The notes under the pieces were generated by a model. It did no database searches and was not told where the DNA came from. It saw only the letters and a program-made list of their open reading frames with translations. DNA of 64,000 nt from Oligoflexales bacterium (GTDB lineage: Bacteria; Bdellovibrionota_B; Oligoflexia; Oligoflexales; Bog-1112), in assembly GCA_045106415.1 (NCBI GenBank), contig JBGCEP010000014.1:28460-92459 (forward strand), read 5' to 3'. Position 1 is the stretch's first letter. Each line of letters opens with the position of its first letter. Position numbers and translations under genes: made by a program. Shown piece after piece: positions 47,514 to 57,850 of the stretch.

Positions 47514-48734
47514 TTAGAGCCTGTTCTCTAAGTTTTTCGCGACAGCTTTAAGATAATCATCTGTTGTGACCCAACTTCCATCTGGAAGCTTGGAACCGTG
47601 GATACAGATAGCTAGATCTTTAGTCATTGTTCCGTTTTCAACAGTATCGACACACGCTGTTTCAAGAGCTTTTGCGAATGCTGCGACTTCAGGTGTATCG
47701 TCAAGGCGTGCTCGGTGACTCAGACCTTGACTCCAAGCAAAAATACTTGCGATAGGGTTTGTAGAGGTTGGCAATCCTTTTTGGTGTTGGCGATAGTGTC
47801 GAGTGACGGTGCCGTGAGCAGCTTCAGTTTCCACTGTTTTGCCATCAGGGCTCATAAGGACAGAAGTCATGAGGCCCAGGCTACCGAATCCTTGAGCGAC
47901 GGTGTCTGATTGAACGTCCCCATCGTAGTTTTTACAAGCCCAAACGACTCCGCCATCCCATTTTAAGACTTGGGCAACCATATCGTCGATGAGTCTGTGT
48001 TCGTAGTGAAGGCCTTGTGCTTCAAATTTTGTTTTGAACTCAGCGTCAAAGATCTCTTGAAAGAGGTCTTTGAAACGTCCGTCATAGACTTTCAAGATTG
48101 TGTTCTTAGTCGAAAGGTAGAGTGGGTAACCGCAGTTGAGTGCATAAGTCATACAAGCGCGAGCAAATCCTCGGATGGATTCGTCGGTGTTGTACATACC
48201 CATGGCAATACCGTCTTTTTCCAGGTGTTGTACATCCCACTCTTGTTTTTCACCGTTATCTTTTTCATAGACGAGCTTGAGGGTGCCTTTGCCTTCGAGG
48301 CGAACATCAGTGCATTTATATTGATCTGCGTGTGCATGACGTCCGATGACAATAGGTTTTGACCAGTTACGCACAATTCGGGGAACATTTTTACAGATAA
48401 TAGGAGCTCGAAAAACAGTGCCGCCGAGATAGTTCCGAATTGTGCCGTTAGGGCTTTTCCACATTTTTTTTAGATTAAATTCTTTAACTCGATCTTCATC
48501 TGGGGTGATTGTCGCACACTTGACTCCGACGCTGTGTTTTTGAATAGCTTTCGCCGCGTCTAGGGTAATTTTATCGTCTGTTTGATCTCGGCTTTCGATA
48601 CTAAGATCGTAATACTCTAAATCCATTTTAATGTGTGGGAATAAAAGTTGTTGTTTGATTTTGTCCCAAATAATGCGAGTCATTTCATCGCCGTCAAGCT
48701 CGACAATGGGGTTCTTTACATGAATCTTAGACAT
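47514..48734 (-). CDS. icd: NADP-dependent isocitrate dehydrogenase (type II, eukaryote-like dimer)
   Basis: [40 protein letters not shown] and [10 protein letters not shown]. Confidence 0.97.
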   Translation of the reverse strand: MSKIHVKNPIVELDGDEMTRIIWDKIKQQLLFPHIKMDLEYYDLSIESRDQTDDKITLDAAKAIQKHSVGVKCATITPDEDRVKEFNLKKMWKSPNGTIRNYLGGTVFRAPIICKNVPRIVRNWSKPIVIGRHAHADQYKCTDVRLEGKGTLKLVYEKDNGEKQEWDVQHLEKDGIAMGMYNTDESIRGFARACMTYALNCGYPLYLSTKNTILKVYDGRFKDLFQEIFDAEFKTKFEAQGLHYEHRLIDDMVAQVLKWDGGVVWACKNYDGDVQSDTVAQGFGSLGLMTSVLMSPDGKTVETEAAHGTVTRHYRQHQKGLPTSTNPIASIFAWSQGLSHRARLDDTPEVAAFAKALETACVDTVENGTMTKDLAICIHGSKLPDGSWVTTDDYLKAVAKNLENRL

Positions 48735-48815
48735 ATCTTCTCCGGTATGCGTTTTTATCTCACTCTGTTGACATGTTACAGCTGAGTGAAGAGGATGTCA
48801 CGGTGTATCAGGATC

Positions 48816-49754
48816 TTAATCAAGACTTGATAGAGTCTGATCAAAGTAGTGGATGCTTCTAGGAACTTTTTGAATATTTCTTTCGACTTTTTCACTATCG
48901 ATTAAAGCAATAACTTCGGTTTCGAGGCCAGCATTCTGATTGCAAATAATACCATGGCAGTATGAAAGTATTTTGAAAAGTCCGATGCCAGCTCCTTCAA
49001 CTTTTGTGTCAAGAATTTTATCTGCGTCACCTTTGTAGAGAGATTTTTTTAAGTAATTAAAAAAAATACTTTTTGGAAAAGCACCATAAGTATCTTTCAC
49101 GCTAATCGCGATGATTTTACCATCAAATCCATACTCGATGAGAGGTCTTTGATCTGGTGGTAAAGCATTGGTTTTGGTTAAATGAGAAAAGCCAGCGGCT
49201 CTTGGTGCATCAAATAAAGCATTCATAAGGAGCTCTTCTGTAATAGCATGACAATGTCTTACGACTGCTGGGGGAGCTTTTTGCCGATCCATATATGAAG
49301 AAACATGGCTATGGTGTCTGTGCCGTTCTTCTACAAGATCTATTGTATGAGTTTTTATATCTGTTTTGGGTCTAAGGTAAAACGAAATCCCAAAAATGTC
49401 TTTCGTAATTAATTTTTGTAGAGTGATTCGTAATTCATGAATGACCCATTTAGAATCAATTGCACCAATAATATGGTCAATAAGGTTGTGCTCTTCATTT
49501 TGAAGATCGGCGCTGTATTGATAGATGGTTTCATTGGTGATGAGAATGGTTGTTGTTTCTTTTTTAATAAGTTTAAATAACTGGTAGTTTGCTTGAGTGC
49601 AAATAAAAATATCAACGTTGTTGTTTTTGATGAATTGACTAGATTTATCAACATCTTTTAAGATTGTGAGTTTTGCCTCTGCAGCACAAACCTGTAAAAC
49701 CTGCTGAGATAAAAAACTGAAATGATCATCAAGATGTGCAAAAAGAATATGCAC
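48816..49754 (-). CDS. Hypothetical protein: degenerate receiver-like N-terminus + HATPase-like domain
   Basis: EELLMNALFDAP (N box), SVKDTYG (G1) and GAGIGL (G2). No HisKA His box. GTG start after AAGGGAG. Confidence 0.6.
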   Translation of the reverse strand: MHILFAHLDDHFSFLSQQVLQVCAAEAKLTILKDVDKSSQFIKNNNVDIFICTQANYQLFKLIKKETTTILITNETIYQYSADLQNEEHNLIDHIIGAIDSKWVIHELRITLQKLITKDIFGISFYLRPKTDIKTHTIDLVEERHRHHSHVSSYMDRQKAPPAVVRHCHAITEELLMNALFDAPRAAGFSHLTKTNALPPDQRPLIEYGFDGKIIAISVKDTYGAFPKSIFFNYLKKSLYKGDADKILDTKVEGAGIGLFKILSYCHGIICNQNAGLETEVIALIDSEKVERNIQKVPRSIHYFDQTLSSLD

Positions 49755-49988
49755 AGAAACTCCCTTGTTATTTCCTATATTATACACAGTGATCTTGTTT
49801 TCGATAAATCATGAATAAAGACCCTTGAAAACCCTAGGAGGATGAATTTGCCTGGTGTTCTAAATTCTATAAACGAATGATTTCAGAGGTGATATTTCTA
49901 TTGATCTTATGACTTTTGACACCGCTCAGAACTGATACCTAGAATAAACAATGAATAACCCCAATTTCAAACTGGAGAAAAAAGTCTC

Positions 49989-50639
49989 ATGAATGAACTT
50001 GTCGATTTTTTTCATCGTGGCGGCATACTCGTCATGAGTAGTATCGCTCTCGTGTTAGGTGGTTCTCTTATTATTATTGTAGAGAGAGCTGTTCGCTTTT
50101 GGTCGTATGATTTGATGAATAGTTCAGGATTTATGGCTGCTGTTCAGAAAATGGTCATGAATAATTCGATAGAAAATGCAATTCGACTTTGTAAAAAAGC
50201 AAAGCCAAAGCTTGTACCTTTTATTCTTTCTGAAGGGCTAAAAAGAGCAAATGATACTCCTGAAGAGATAGAGTATGCGATGGAAACAGCAACGCTCTCA
50301 GCTTTACCTAAGGTAAATAGATTTGTTGCGTCGTTAGGTACTGCTGCAAACATTGCCACTTTATTAGGGCTTTTGGGGACAATTTTTGGACTCATCAAAT
50401 CCTTTGGGGCTGCCGCTTCAGCTGGTGGTGTTGAGAAACAAAGAGTTCTAGCTGAAGGTATTTCAGAAGCATTGACAGCAACGTCTTTTGGATTAGGTAC
50501 AGCTTTGTTTTGTATTTTTGTGCACGGTCTTCTTACGATTAAGCAACAAGCAATTGTTGCAGATATTCATCAGAATGTAGCAAAGCTGACAGACCTTCTA
50601 TATACGAGACAAATGAAGATTAAAGGCCGTAACACCTAA
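49989..50639 (+). CDS. MotA/TolQ/ExbB proton channel (AglR-like)
   Basis: ANIATLLGLLGTIFGLI.SF and LAEGISEAL.ATSFGL. Confidence 0.9.
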   Translation: MNELVDFFHRGGILVMSSIALVLGGSLIIIVERAVRFWSYDLMNSSGFMAAVQKMVMNNSIENAIRLCKKAKPKLVPFILSEGLKRANDTPEEIEYAMETATLSALPKVNRFVASLGTAANIATLLGLLGTIFGLIKSFGAAASAGGVEKQRVLAEGISEALTATSFGLGTALFCIFVHGLLTIKQQAIVADIHQNVAKLTDLLYTRQMKIKGRNT

Positions 50640-50650
50640 GGAGTTTTCTC

Positions 50651-51169
50651 GTGAGTAGAAGGCATAGAAAAAAGAAGAGTGAAGTCTCTGATTCTCCCAT
50701 TGAATTGAACGTGATGGCGTTTATCGATATTTTCTCTCTTTTGACGACCTTTCTTCTTTTTACAGCTTCTTTTGTTTCTTTTGGTATTTTAGAGGTTCAG
50801 GTGCCATTTTTGTCGAATGCAGCACCTGAGGAAACGCCCTCGAAACCTAAAAGAACAATGTCTTTAAATGTGGAAGCTTCAAAAAAGAAAGTTGTTCTAA
50901 AAACAGAGTGGGATCAGAAGCCAACAGAACCTGAAGTGTTTGAATATGAGATGTCAGATAAAGGTCTTAGTAGCCTTAATGACAAGTTAATCACACTTAG
51001 AAAGCAATACAAAGAAGAAACAAGTAAAGTAACGCTATTTACTGAAGATGATTTAATTTATAGAGAAATCACAGAGATTTTAGATGCTATAAAGCTTCAA
51101 CCATCAGAACTAGAAGGTGATTTTGACACGCTTTATGAAAAAGTTGTTTTAGGGAGTGTCATTCTTTAG
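50651..51169 (+). CDS. ExbD/TolR-family protein (AglQ-like)
   Basis: ELNVMAFIDIFSLL TM helix with the conserved Asp. GTG start after AGGAG. Confidence 0.85.
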   Translation: MSRRHRKKKSEVSDSPIELNVMAFIDIFSLLTTFLLFTASFVSFGILEVQVPFLSNAAPEETPSKPKRTMSLNVEASKKKVVLKTEWDQKPTEPEVFEYEMSDKGLSSLNDKLITLRKQYKEETSKVTLFTEDDLIYREITEILDAIKLQPSELEGDFDTLYEKVVLGSVIL

Positions 51170-51178
51170 GAGGGTAAA

Positions 51179-51673
51179 ATGGGTGCTTCAGTTGGTGGTG
51201 ATGATGAGGTCATATCCCTCAATGTTATGCCTATGCTCGATATTTTTAGTATTTTAATTTTGTTCTTGCTATCAAGTTATTCAACAGATCCGATTAGCCA
51301 TGATCTCACCGAAGGTGTAGAAATTCCAGAGTCTTTTACGAGTGCTTCTCTTGATGAAATACCTACCCTTATCGTGAGCAAAGATGAAGTTAAAATCAAT
51401 GATAAAAAAATAGTCACTTTAGTTGATGGTGAAGTGCAGGAAAAAGATCAAGAACAAGGTGCTGTTTATGCTTTGTACAAATCTTTAAAGTCTTTAAGTG
51501 AGGCTGGTAAAAAGTTTAAAAAAGATGAGAAAGATAAAGATCAACCAGGAAGTTTAACGGTGGAAATGGATGCAAGCCATCGTTTTAAGCTTATAAGAAA
51601 AATGATGCTTTCAGCCCAACAGGCTGATTTTGTAAGATTTAAACTTGAAGTTGCGAAAGGCCGTGTCGATTGA
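51179..51673 (+). CDS. ExbD/TolR-family protein (AglS-like)
   Basis: LNVMPMLDIFSIL TM helix with the conserved Asp, and MDASHRFKLIRKMM.SAQQADF. Confidence 0.85.
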   Translation: MGASVGGDDEVISLNVMPMLDIFSILILFLLSSYSTDPISHDLTEGVEIPESFTSASLDEIPTLIVSKDEVKINDKKIVTLVDGEVQEKDQEQGAVYALYKSLKSLSEAGKKFKKDEKDKDQPGSLTVEMDASHRFKLIRKMMLSAQQADFVRFKLEVAKGRVD

Positions 51674-52371
51674 AGGATTTTATTAAATTTTTCTTTCTTT
51701 TTTTTGGTGTTCTTTATCCAATGACAATGAGTGCGGATAGTTTTCCGGATGTAGAAGTGCGTGCGATTCGACCGCGTTTTTTTTCGAAGGCTAAGCGTAT
51801 TGAAATTGGCTCTCAAGCCATGTTTGTTGTGAATAGGTCTTTTATCTATGCGTATATGCTTTCATTGAATTTAGATTATCATTTTAATGAAGCATGGGCT
51901 ATTGAAGGGTCAATTGCATTTGGCGGTACTCAAGCAAAAGAAGATGAAATTGTCTTAAAAGAGAATTTTGATATTACAACTCAGATTTTAGAGCCACGAG
52001 GATCACAAGACATTGGTGTTTTGTGGAGTCCCATGTATGGAAAATATCAACTCTCGGATGGGGATGTTGTGTATTACGATACATTTATGGCGGCAGGAGT
52101 TGGGTTTGTTGAAGCGGAGTATCTTTATGAGCATTGTGCTACTTCAACAAAAGAAGCGCCAGCTTCTCAGACTTTTTCCTATACGGCAATGAATCTTGGT
52201 TTTGGTCAACGTTTATTTTTAGATCGTTCTTATACGTTTCGCTGGGATTTACGAGATCGTATTTTTACAACGAATGCGAAAGATGCTGCCTGTGATCCTG
52301 ATCTGACAACTTCTCAAAACAGGATTGAGCATAATGTGACGATTCAAGGTGGTTTAACAAGGTTTTTTTAG
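51670..52371 (+). CDS. Outer-membrane beta-barrel protein (GltA/B/H-like)
   Basis: Signal peptide, AIRPRFFSK..RIE, YHFNEAWAIE, WSPMYGK, RWDLRD and a terminal Phe. Confidence 0.75.
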   Translation: MKDFIKFFFLFFGVLYPMTMSADSFPDVEVRAIRPRFFSKAKRIEIGSQAMFVVNRSFIYAYMLSLNLDYHFNEAWAIEGSIAFGGTQAKEDEIVLKENFDITTQILEPRGSQDIGVLWSPMYGKYQLSDGDVVYYDTFMAAGVGFVEAEYLYEHCATSTKEAPASQTFSYTAMNLGFGQRLFLDRSYTFRWDLRDRIFTTNAKDAACDPDLTTSQNRIEHNVTIQGGLTRFF

Positions 52372-52380
52372 AGGTTATCT

Positions 52381-53871
52381 ATGATGCGCGTTTTATTGCT
52401 ATTGTTCATAATGTTCGAAGTCGGATTTTCGGCTTCGTATCGTGATGGACATAAAGCATTGCGTGCTAAAAATTATGCGAAAGCCGCAGCTGATTTTTGG
52501 GAAGTATCGAAGTCTCAAAAAGATAAAAAATTAAGGGTGAAGGCTGAGTGGGGGTTAGCAGAAAGTCTTCGTGGTCTTGAGCTTTATCAATCAGCATCGC
52601 GTTATTATACAAAACACGTCCGCCGAGGTCCTCAAAGCCCTTATTTTAGAAGATCTCTTCAAAGATTAGGGTCTATTCACGCTGATGTCGGTCTTGGGCA
52701 ATCTCATATTGTCAGGATGTTTCGTGAAAAAGTAAATCCCTCTCAAATACCTGGAAAAGCACGAGGTTTTTATTTTTATTTTTCCGGATCTGAAGCTTTT
52801 CATAGAAGGCAGCTTGAAAAGGCACGAAGTCTTTTCACTAGAGTGCAAAGAAGCAGTGAGTATTACTTAAGAGCTCGTTTTTATTTAGGTGTTATTTCAA
52901 ACTTATCAGGAAGGTCTAGAAAAGCTATTGAAATTTTTGATGCTGTGAGCCGAGAAGCTCCTCGAACAAGAAATGGTAATTGGCTTCGTCAGCAAAGCAT
53001 TCTTAATATTGCTCGTGTTTATTATGAATTAGGACAATATCGAGATGCTATCCGTTATTATTCTAGAATTCATAGAGATGAATCTGTGTGGTTAAATGCT
53101 TTGTTTGAATCTGCATGGGCTTTTTATCTTATGGAAAAGCCTTCAAATACATTAGGAAATATTCATACAATACACAGCCCTTATTTCTCTCATCGGTTCT
53201 TTCCTGAAACTCATATACTAAAAGCTGTAACTTTCTTAAAAGGATGTCATTTTCAAAGAGTGAAAAAATCTATAGATGATTTCCATGACAACTTTAAACC
53301 AGTATCAAAAGATTTGGATCGAGTTTTAAAACGTTATAGAAAAAAGCCGCGACAGTTTTTTGAACTTATTAATAAGTTTAAATCCGGGCGTCTTTCACAA
53401 TATAAAAATGCAAAACAAATTTTTGATGCTTTAGGCAGGACCGACTCTTGGGTTCAAGGTGAAATGACGATTCGCTCAGTGAACGATGAATTGCGACGTT
53501 TAAGATCAACACCATCTCGTTGGAGAAAAACAAAACTTACATTAGCTCTTAAGAAATTCTTAGTCACTAAAAAAAGTTTAGCTATTAAGGATTCGGCCTC
53601 CAGGCTTTATGTGAATGCACTAAGCTTCAGACGTTATCTAACAGAGCTTTCTGGTCAGACAAGGTTAATTAAAGCGGAAATGCTTTTAGGAAAAGTTGAT
53701 AGCCTTCGAGCAAAAGTGACTGGTGCTACCGTAAGGTCAAAGGTTGGATATGTTGGTGGTTTAAAAGAAGTAACTTCTGGGGAAAAGTTAGAGTTTTGGC
53801 CATTTCAAGGAGAGTATTGGGAAGATGAGTTGGGATGGTATGTTTATAACATTAAGGATAAATGCCGGTGA
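52381..53871 (+). CDS. TPR protein, GltC-like gliding component
   Basis: TPR repeats, ALFESAWAF, LGNIHTIHSPYF...PE and the C-terminal EFWPFQGEYWEDELG.Y. Confidence 0.78.
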   Translation: MMRVLLLLFIMFEVGFSASYRDGHKALRAKNYAKAAADFWEVSKSQKDKKLRVKAEWGLAESLRGLELYQSASRYYTKHVRRGPQSPYFRRSLQRLGSIHADVGLGQSHIVRMFREKVNPSQIPGKARGFYFYFSGSEAFHRRQLEKARSLFTRVQRSSEYYLRARFYLGVISNLSGRSRKAIEIFDAVSREAPRTRNGNWLRQQSILNIARVYYELGQYRDAIRYYSRIHRDESVWLNALFESAWAFYLMEKPSNTLGNIHTIHSPYFSHRFFPETHILKAVTFLKGCHFQRVKKSIDDFHDNFKPVSKDLDRVLKRYRKKPRQFFELINKFKSGRLSQYKNAKQIFDALGRTDSWVQGEMTIRSVNDELRRLRSTPSRWRKTKLTLALKKFLVTKKSLAIKDSASRLYVNALSFRRYLTELSGQTRLIKAEMLLGKVDSLRAKVTGATVRSKVGYVGGLKEVTSGEKLEFWPFQGEYWEDELGWYVYNIKDKCR

Positions 53872-56800
53872 TGAGATTCATAACGCGATATTTTTTGTTT
53901 TTTCTTATAGTCGGTGGTCTTGACGTTGAAGGGCAAGCAGCGCGCCGGCAAGTGCGTCAAGTCGAAGTAGAAGATCGTGATTTTCGTAAAAGAAAACAAA
54001 AAACTATTGAAAAATCATCAAAAGGTCGGATTAACAGGAAAAGATTGTCTGGTTTTACTTTAGAAGCAAAATTGGTCAAAGGTATAGAAAGAACTATTCG
54101 ATATCTTGATAGAACTGCTATTCGTCTGCCCAAAAAGTCGAAGAGTCGCTTTAGAACATATGAAAAAATAATCAATTTATATATGGAACAAGCTGTTTTT
54201 GTTGCAAGAGAAGAAGAGCGTTCCTATGATCGTTCTTGGGAACGATGGGATCGTAATAAGAGAAAAGGAAAAGAGCCTAAAATTAATTCAAAACGTTCAA
54301 AGAAATTTTGGCTAAACATTGTGAATCGTAGTCGATCTCTTATTCGCGAATATCCTAAAGTAGAAGAAGTTCCAGAACTTATGTTTCAACAAGGTCTTGC
54401 TTTAGAGTTTGCGGGTCGTACAGAACAGTCTGTTAGAGTATTAAAAAAATTAGTAAATAAATATCCAGAGAGTCCTGTGGTCGGAGAGGCTTATTACTCT
54501 TTAGGTGATTATGATTTTGAACGTTCACGTTTCACGAAAGCAAGAACTTATTATCAAAAAGCTCTTAAATATAAGCGTTCAAGGAGATATGGTTGGGCTA
54601 GATTTAAAATAGGTTGGTGTTATTTTAATGATGGCGAATTCAAAAAAGCACTTAAGAGTTGGAAAACTACGGTTTCTTATTCAAGAAAAATAGGTGGAGA
54701 AACAGGACGGCAGCTGAGAGAAGAAACCTTAAGGGATATGGTTTATGCTTTCGCTGAATTGAGAGCTGTAGACCCAGCAGTAAGATATTTTAGAAGAAAC
54801 AGTGGAGGAAAGTATGTTGTTGATTTCCTCTCTCTTCTAGGAGACACATACTATAGCCAAGGACAGTTTGCTCGTTCTGTGAAGGTTTGGAGAAGGTTAC
54901 AGGTTCTTGCTCCAAATCATAGAAAAGCAGCAGATGCTCAAAAAGAAATTATTTCCCTGCTATATCTTTTGAAAAAATACAAAAGTCTACAAAGTGAAAT
55001 CAAAAGATATTATGTGCGTTACGGGCCTAAGAGTCGCTGGGCCTCGAGAAATACAGCCTCTCGATCTGAAGTATTAAAAGACATTGATGAGCAGTCGATT
55101 TTTTACGCAAAAAGGCTCCATAAAGATGGCCAAGTGAGAAGAGGCGGTAAACCATATGTTTATGCTAAAAAATTATATCTTCAATATATGAAGATTTTTC
55201 CGCGATCACCACTACTGATGGAGGTGCGTGAAAATTTAGCAGATATTGAATATTTTTCGAACCGATTTACAGCAGCAGGTCATTTATATAAAAAAATTGT
55301 GCTTTCAGGCACCAAAAAAGCTTGGATACCAGGACTAGGAAAACAGAAAATTCCTATTCATAGAAGATCTGCAGATCATATGCTTGATTCTTATAATCGT
55401 GCTTTTGTAGGAGAGCTTCAAAATTTAAATAAAAAGAAGCCAAACTTTAAAGTAAAACCAAAGCCTTTAAGTAAAAATGCTCAGAATTTTATTGGTTCTT
55501 GTAAAATTTATAAAAACTATTATCCAAAAGTTGGAAAGCAAAATAAAACCTGTCATTTATTTGTAACAGAAGTTTACTATCGCAGTGGGTATAGACAACA
55601 AGCAACAGCTGGTATGTGGGATATTATCAAGAGGTACCCGAGAGAAAAAGTTGCAGAATCTTCTGTGGGGCGTCTTCTTCAAATGAATCAGGTGAACTCT
55701 AAAGATTTAATTGCGACTATCCAAAAAGTTTTACAAATTCCAAATTATTCCCGTGGAAAGACAAAGATTAAGTTAGAGAAACTTCTTAGAGCAACGGTTT
55801 TAGATGATATTGCAAAAGATAAGAATCCTCTTTCACGAGCTAGGCGTTATGAAGCTGTTGCGAAAAAGCAGCCCAAGGCTTCTGATGCCTCGAGTATTTG
55901 GATGAGCTCTGCTGATAGCTATTTGCAAGCTGGGGATGTTGGATCAGCTCTTAGTTCTTATGGAGTTGTTGCAAGTCGTTACTCTCGATCAAAAGAGTTT
56001 GAGCAGGCAACGCTTCAACTTGCTAAAATTGAAGATCGGCGATTGAACTGGTTGAAATCAGCGAAATATTATCAAGCTTATGCGGTACGTTTTTCTTCAA
56101 AGCCAGATGCGCTGAGTGCGCAGCGCCGAGCTTGTGTTTTGCTGATTTCGTCTTCAGTTGAGCGAGCAGCAAAAGACTGCAGTATGTATTTACGCAAAAA
56201 ACCAGAAGACGCACGTGACATTTGGCCTCTTTTAGTTGAGGTTGTTTGGAGAAGTAAGAAATATCAAGTTTTGAAACAAGTTGCTCATCCGTCGATTCTA
56301 AATTCATTTTCTTTAGCAGCGAGTCAAAAAATAGTTGCTCTTCACCGATGGCAGTCAGTTCTTCCTAAAAAATCTGCACAATACAAACAGCTACAGCAGA
56401 TGATATTTCAAATGGCTCAAGGGCAAGAGCTTGAAGGAGAGGCGTTAAGAATTGTATCAGGTTTGTTGTTCGCACAAACAGGGCGAGCAGTCGCTGCTCT
56501 TCAAACATCAAAATTGGCTGGTGGATCGGTTGCCAATCTTCAGCGATCACTCGAACAGGTCTCTAGCTATATTCAAGCTATGGAACAAGATTATGGGACA
56601 GTCCTTTCTGTTGGTGATCCTTACTGGGGTATTGCAGCTCTTTATCAAAAAGGACAAGGATATGAAGCATTTGCTAATATAGCAGCTAATCCACCACAAT
56701 TAAATGATGTTAAAGCTGAGGAATTAAAAACCCAATTGGCACCACTTGTAGCTGATATGAGAAATAAAGCAAACGAACAATATAGTTTAGCTTTTGAGCT

Positions 56801-56957
56801 TTCTAATCGTTTTAAAGTCCATAATGACTGGGTGATAAGGCTTTATCTAACGAAAACAAGGCTAGCAGGTAAAACTCAAAGTTTTGATGAATGGGTGGTT
56901 CTTCCTGATTTTGTTGGCGCTCAGGTACACCGAGATATATTTAAGGCTTCACGATGA
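53871..56957 (+). CDS. Large TPR protein, GltD/AgmU-like gliding component
   Basis: Multiple TPRs (LVNKYPESP..GEAYYSLGDY.F, ARFKIGWCYFN) and C-terminal WGIAALYQ.G..Y..FA. TGATG overlap with the upstream gene. Confidence 0.78.
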   Translation: MRFITRYFLFFLIVGGLDVEGQAARRQVRQVEVEDRDFRKRKQKTIEKSSKGRINRKRLSGFTLEAKLVKGIERTIRYLDRTAIRLPKKSKSRFRTYEKIINLYMEQAVFVAREEERSYDRSWERWDRNKRKGKEPKINSKRSKKFWLNIVNRSRSLIREYPKVEEVPELMFQQGLALEFAGRTEQSVRVLKKLVNKYPESPVVGEAYYSLGDYDFERSRFTKARTYYQKALKYKRSRRYGWARFKIGWCYFNDGEFKKALKSWKTTVSYSRKIGGETGRQLREETLRDMVYAFAELRAVDPAVRYFRRNSGGKYVVDFLSLLGDTYYSQGQFARSVKVWRRLQVLAPNHRKAADAQKEIISLLYLLKKYKSLQSEIKRYYVRYGPKSRWASRNTASRSEVLKDIDEQSIFYAKRLHKDGQVRRGGKPYVYAKKLYLQYMKIFPRSPLLMEVRENLADIEYFSNRFTAAGHLYKKIVLSGTKKAWIPGLGKQKIPIHRRSADHMLDSYNRAFVGELQNLNKKKPNFKVKPKPLSKNAQNFIGSCKIYKNYYPKVGKQNKTCHLFVTEVYYRSGYRQQATAGMWDIIKRYPREKVAESSVGRLLQMNQVNSKDLIATIQKVLQIPNYSRGKTKIKLEKLLRATVLDDIAKDKNPLSRARRYEAVAKKQPKASDASSIWMSSADSYLQAGDVGSALSSYGVVASRYSRSKEFEQATLQLAKIEDRRLNWLKSAKYYQAYAVRFSSKPDALSAQRRACVLLISSSVERAAKDCSMYLRKKPEDARDIWPLLVEVVWRSKKYQVLKQVAHPSILNSFSLAASQKIVALHRWQSVLPKKSAQYKQLQQMIFQMAQGQELEGEALRIVSGLLFAQTGRAVAALQTSKLAGGSVANLQRSLEQVSSYIQAMEQDYGTVLSVGDPYWGIAALYQKGQGYEAFANIAANPPQLNDVKAEELKTQLAPLVADMRNKANEQYSLAFELSNRFKVHNDWVIRLYLTKTRLAGKTQSFDEWVVLPDFVGAQVHRDIFKASR

Positions 56958-57838
56958 TAAGAATCCTATTTTTAATTTTTTTAAATATAGTTGTAAGTTG
57001 TGCTTCTGATCAGGGTGCAAATCTTACCTCAAGTGGGAAAAAAAGGCCGAGTTCTTTGGTGGCTATGAATAGTCTGAAGAACAATCAATTAGTGCCACAA
57101 TTTGTTGATCTAAAAAAAGCAAGAAAACATGCTTTGACTTATCGTGGCGGGGATTCTGTTACGACTTTAGAAAAAAGAATTGCCGCTTTAAGAGTTGCTA
57201 AATCAAATTTTTCTGAAGTACAAGCTGCTACTCTAAAACTTGCGAATTTAGAATTAGAAAAAAGTCTGAACCGATCTATGTCAGAACGCGCTAAAATTGA
57301 AGTAGGACTTTCTGCGTTACAGAACCGTAAATTTGGTATGGCAATGATTTTGTTTGATGAGCTTCATCGATCTAAAAATAAGACAATTCGAGCAGCTTCG
57401 TGGACAGCGACAGGTGTTCTAGCGCTACAGGATCAAAGGCATCCGGAAGCTGTCAGAGCATGGGAAGAAGCTTTGAAATCATCATCGTCTTTTGCACCAG
57501 CTATTTTAAATCTTGCCTTTATGAACTTGCGATTTGGTCGTTTTAAAGAAGCACAGTCGCGTTTACAGCAAGCAGGCCCTAGCTGGTTGAAGGATGCAGG
57601 TTTGATGATATTGGCAAGGGTAAAAGGACAAAAGAATTTAGCTGATAACTTATGTGAAAAACTTTTATCCATCAAACCAAATCATAAAATGATCCTTTTT
57701 AACTGTGGAGTGCATCAGTGGGTCAGTCATAAAGATAAAGATGAATCAAAGTCTCTGATACGTAAAGCCTTGAAAGAAAAAGGCGGGGAATCAAATTGGA
57801 ATGTGAGAGGCCGACAGTTTTTAAGTCGGATTCGATAA
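56954..57838 (+). CDS. TPR lipoprotein, GltE/AglT-like
   Basis: Lipobox VVS-C and TPR motifs. ATGA overlap and position between the GltD-like and GltG-like genes. Confidence 0.68.
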   Translation: MIRILFLIFLNIVVSCASDQGANLTSSGKKRPSSLVAMNSLKNNQLVPQFVDLKKARKHALTYRGGDSVTTLEKRIAALRVAKSNFSEVQAATLKLANLELEKSLNRSMSERAKIEVGLSALQNRKFGMAMILFDELHRSKNKTIRAASWTATGVLALQDQRHPEAVRAWEEALKSSSSFAPAILNLAFMNLRFGRFKEAQSRLQQAGPSWLKDAGLMILARVKGQKNLADNLCEKLLSIKPNHKMILFNCGVHQWVSHKDKDESKSLIRKALKEKGGESNWNVRGRQFLSRIR

Positions 57839-57850
57839 AAGAGGGATGTC

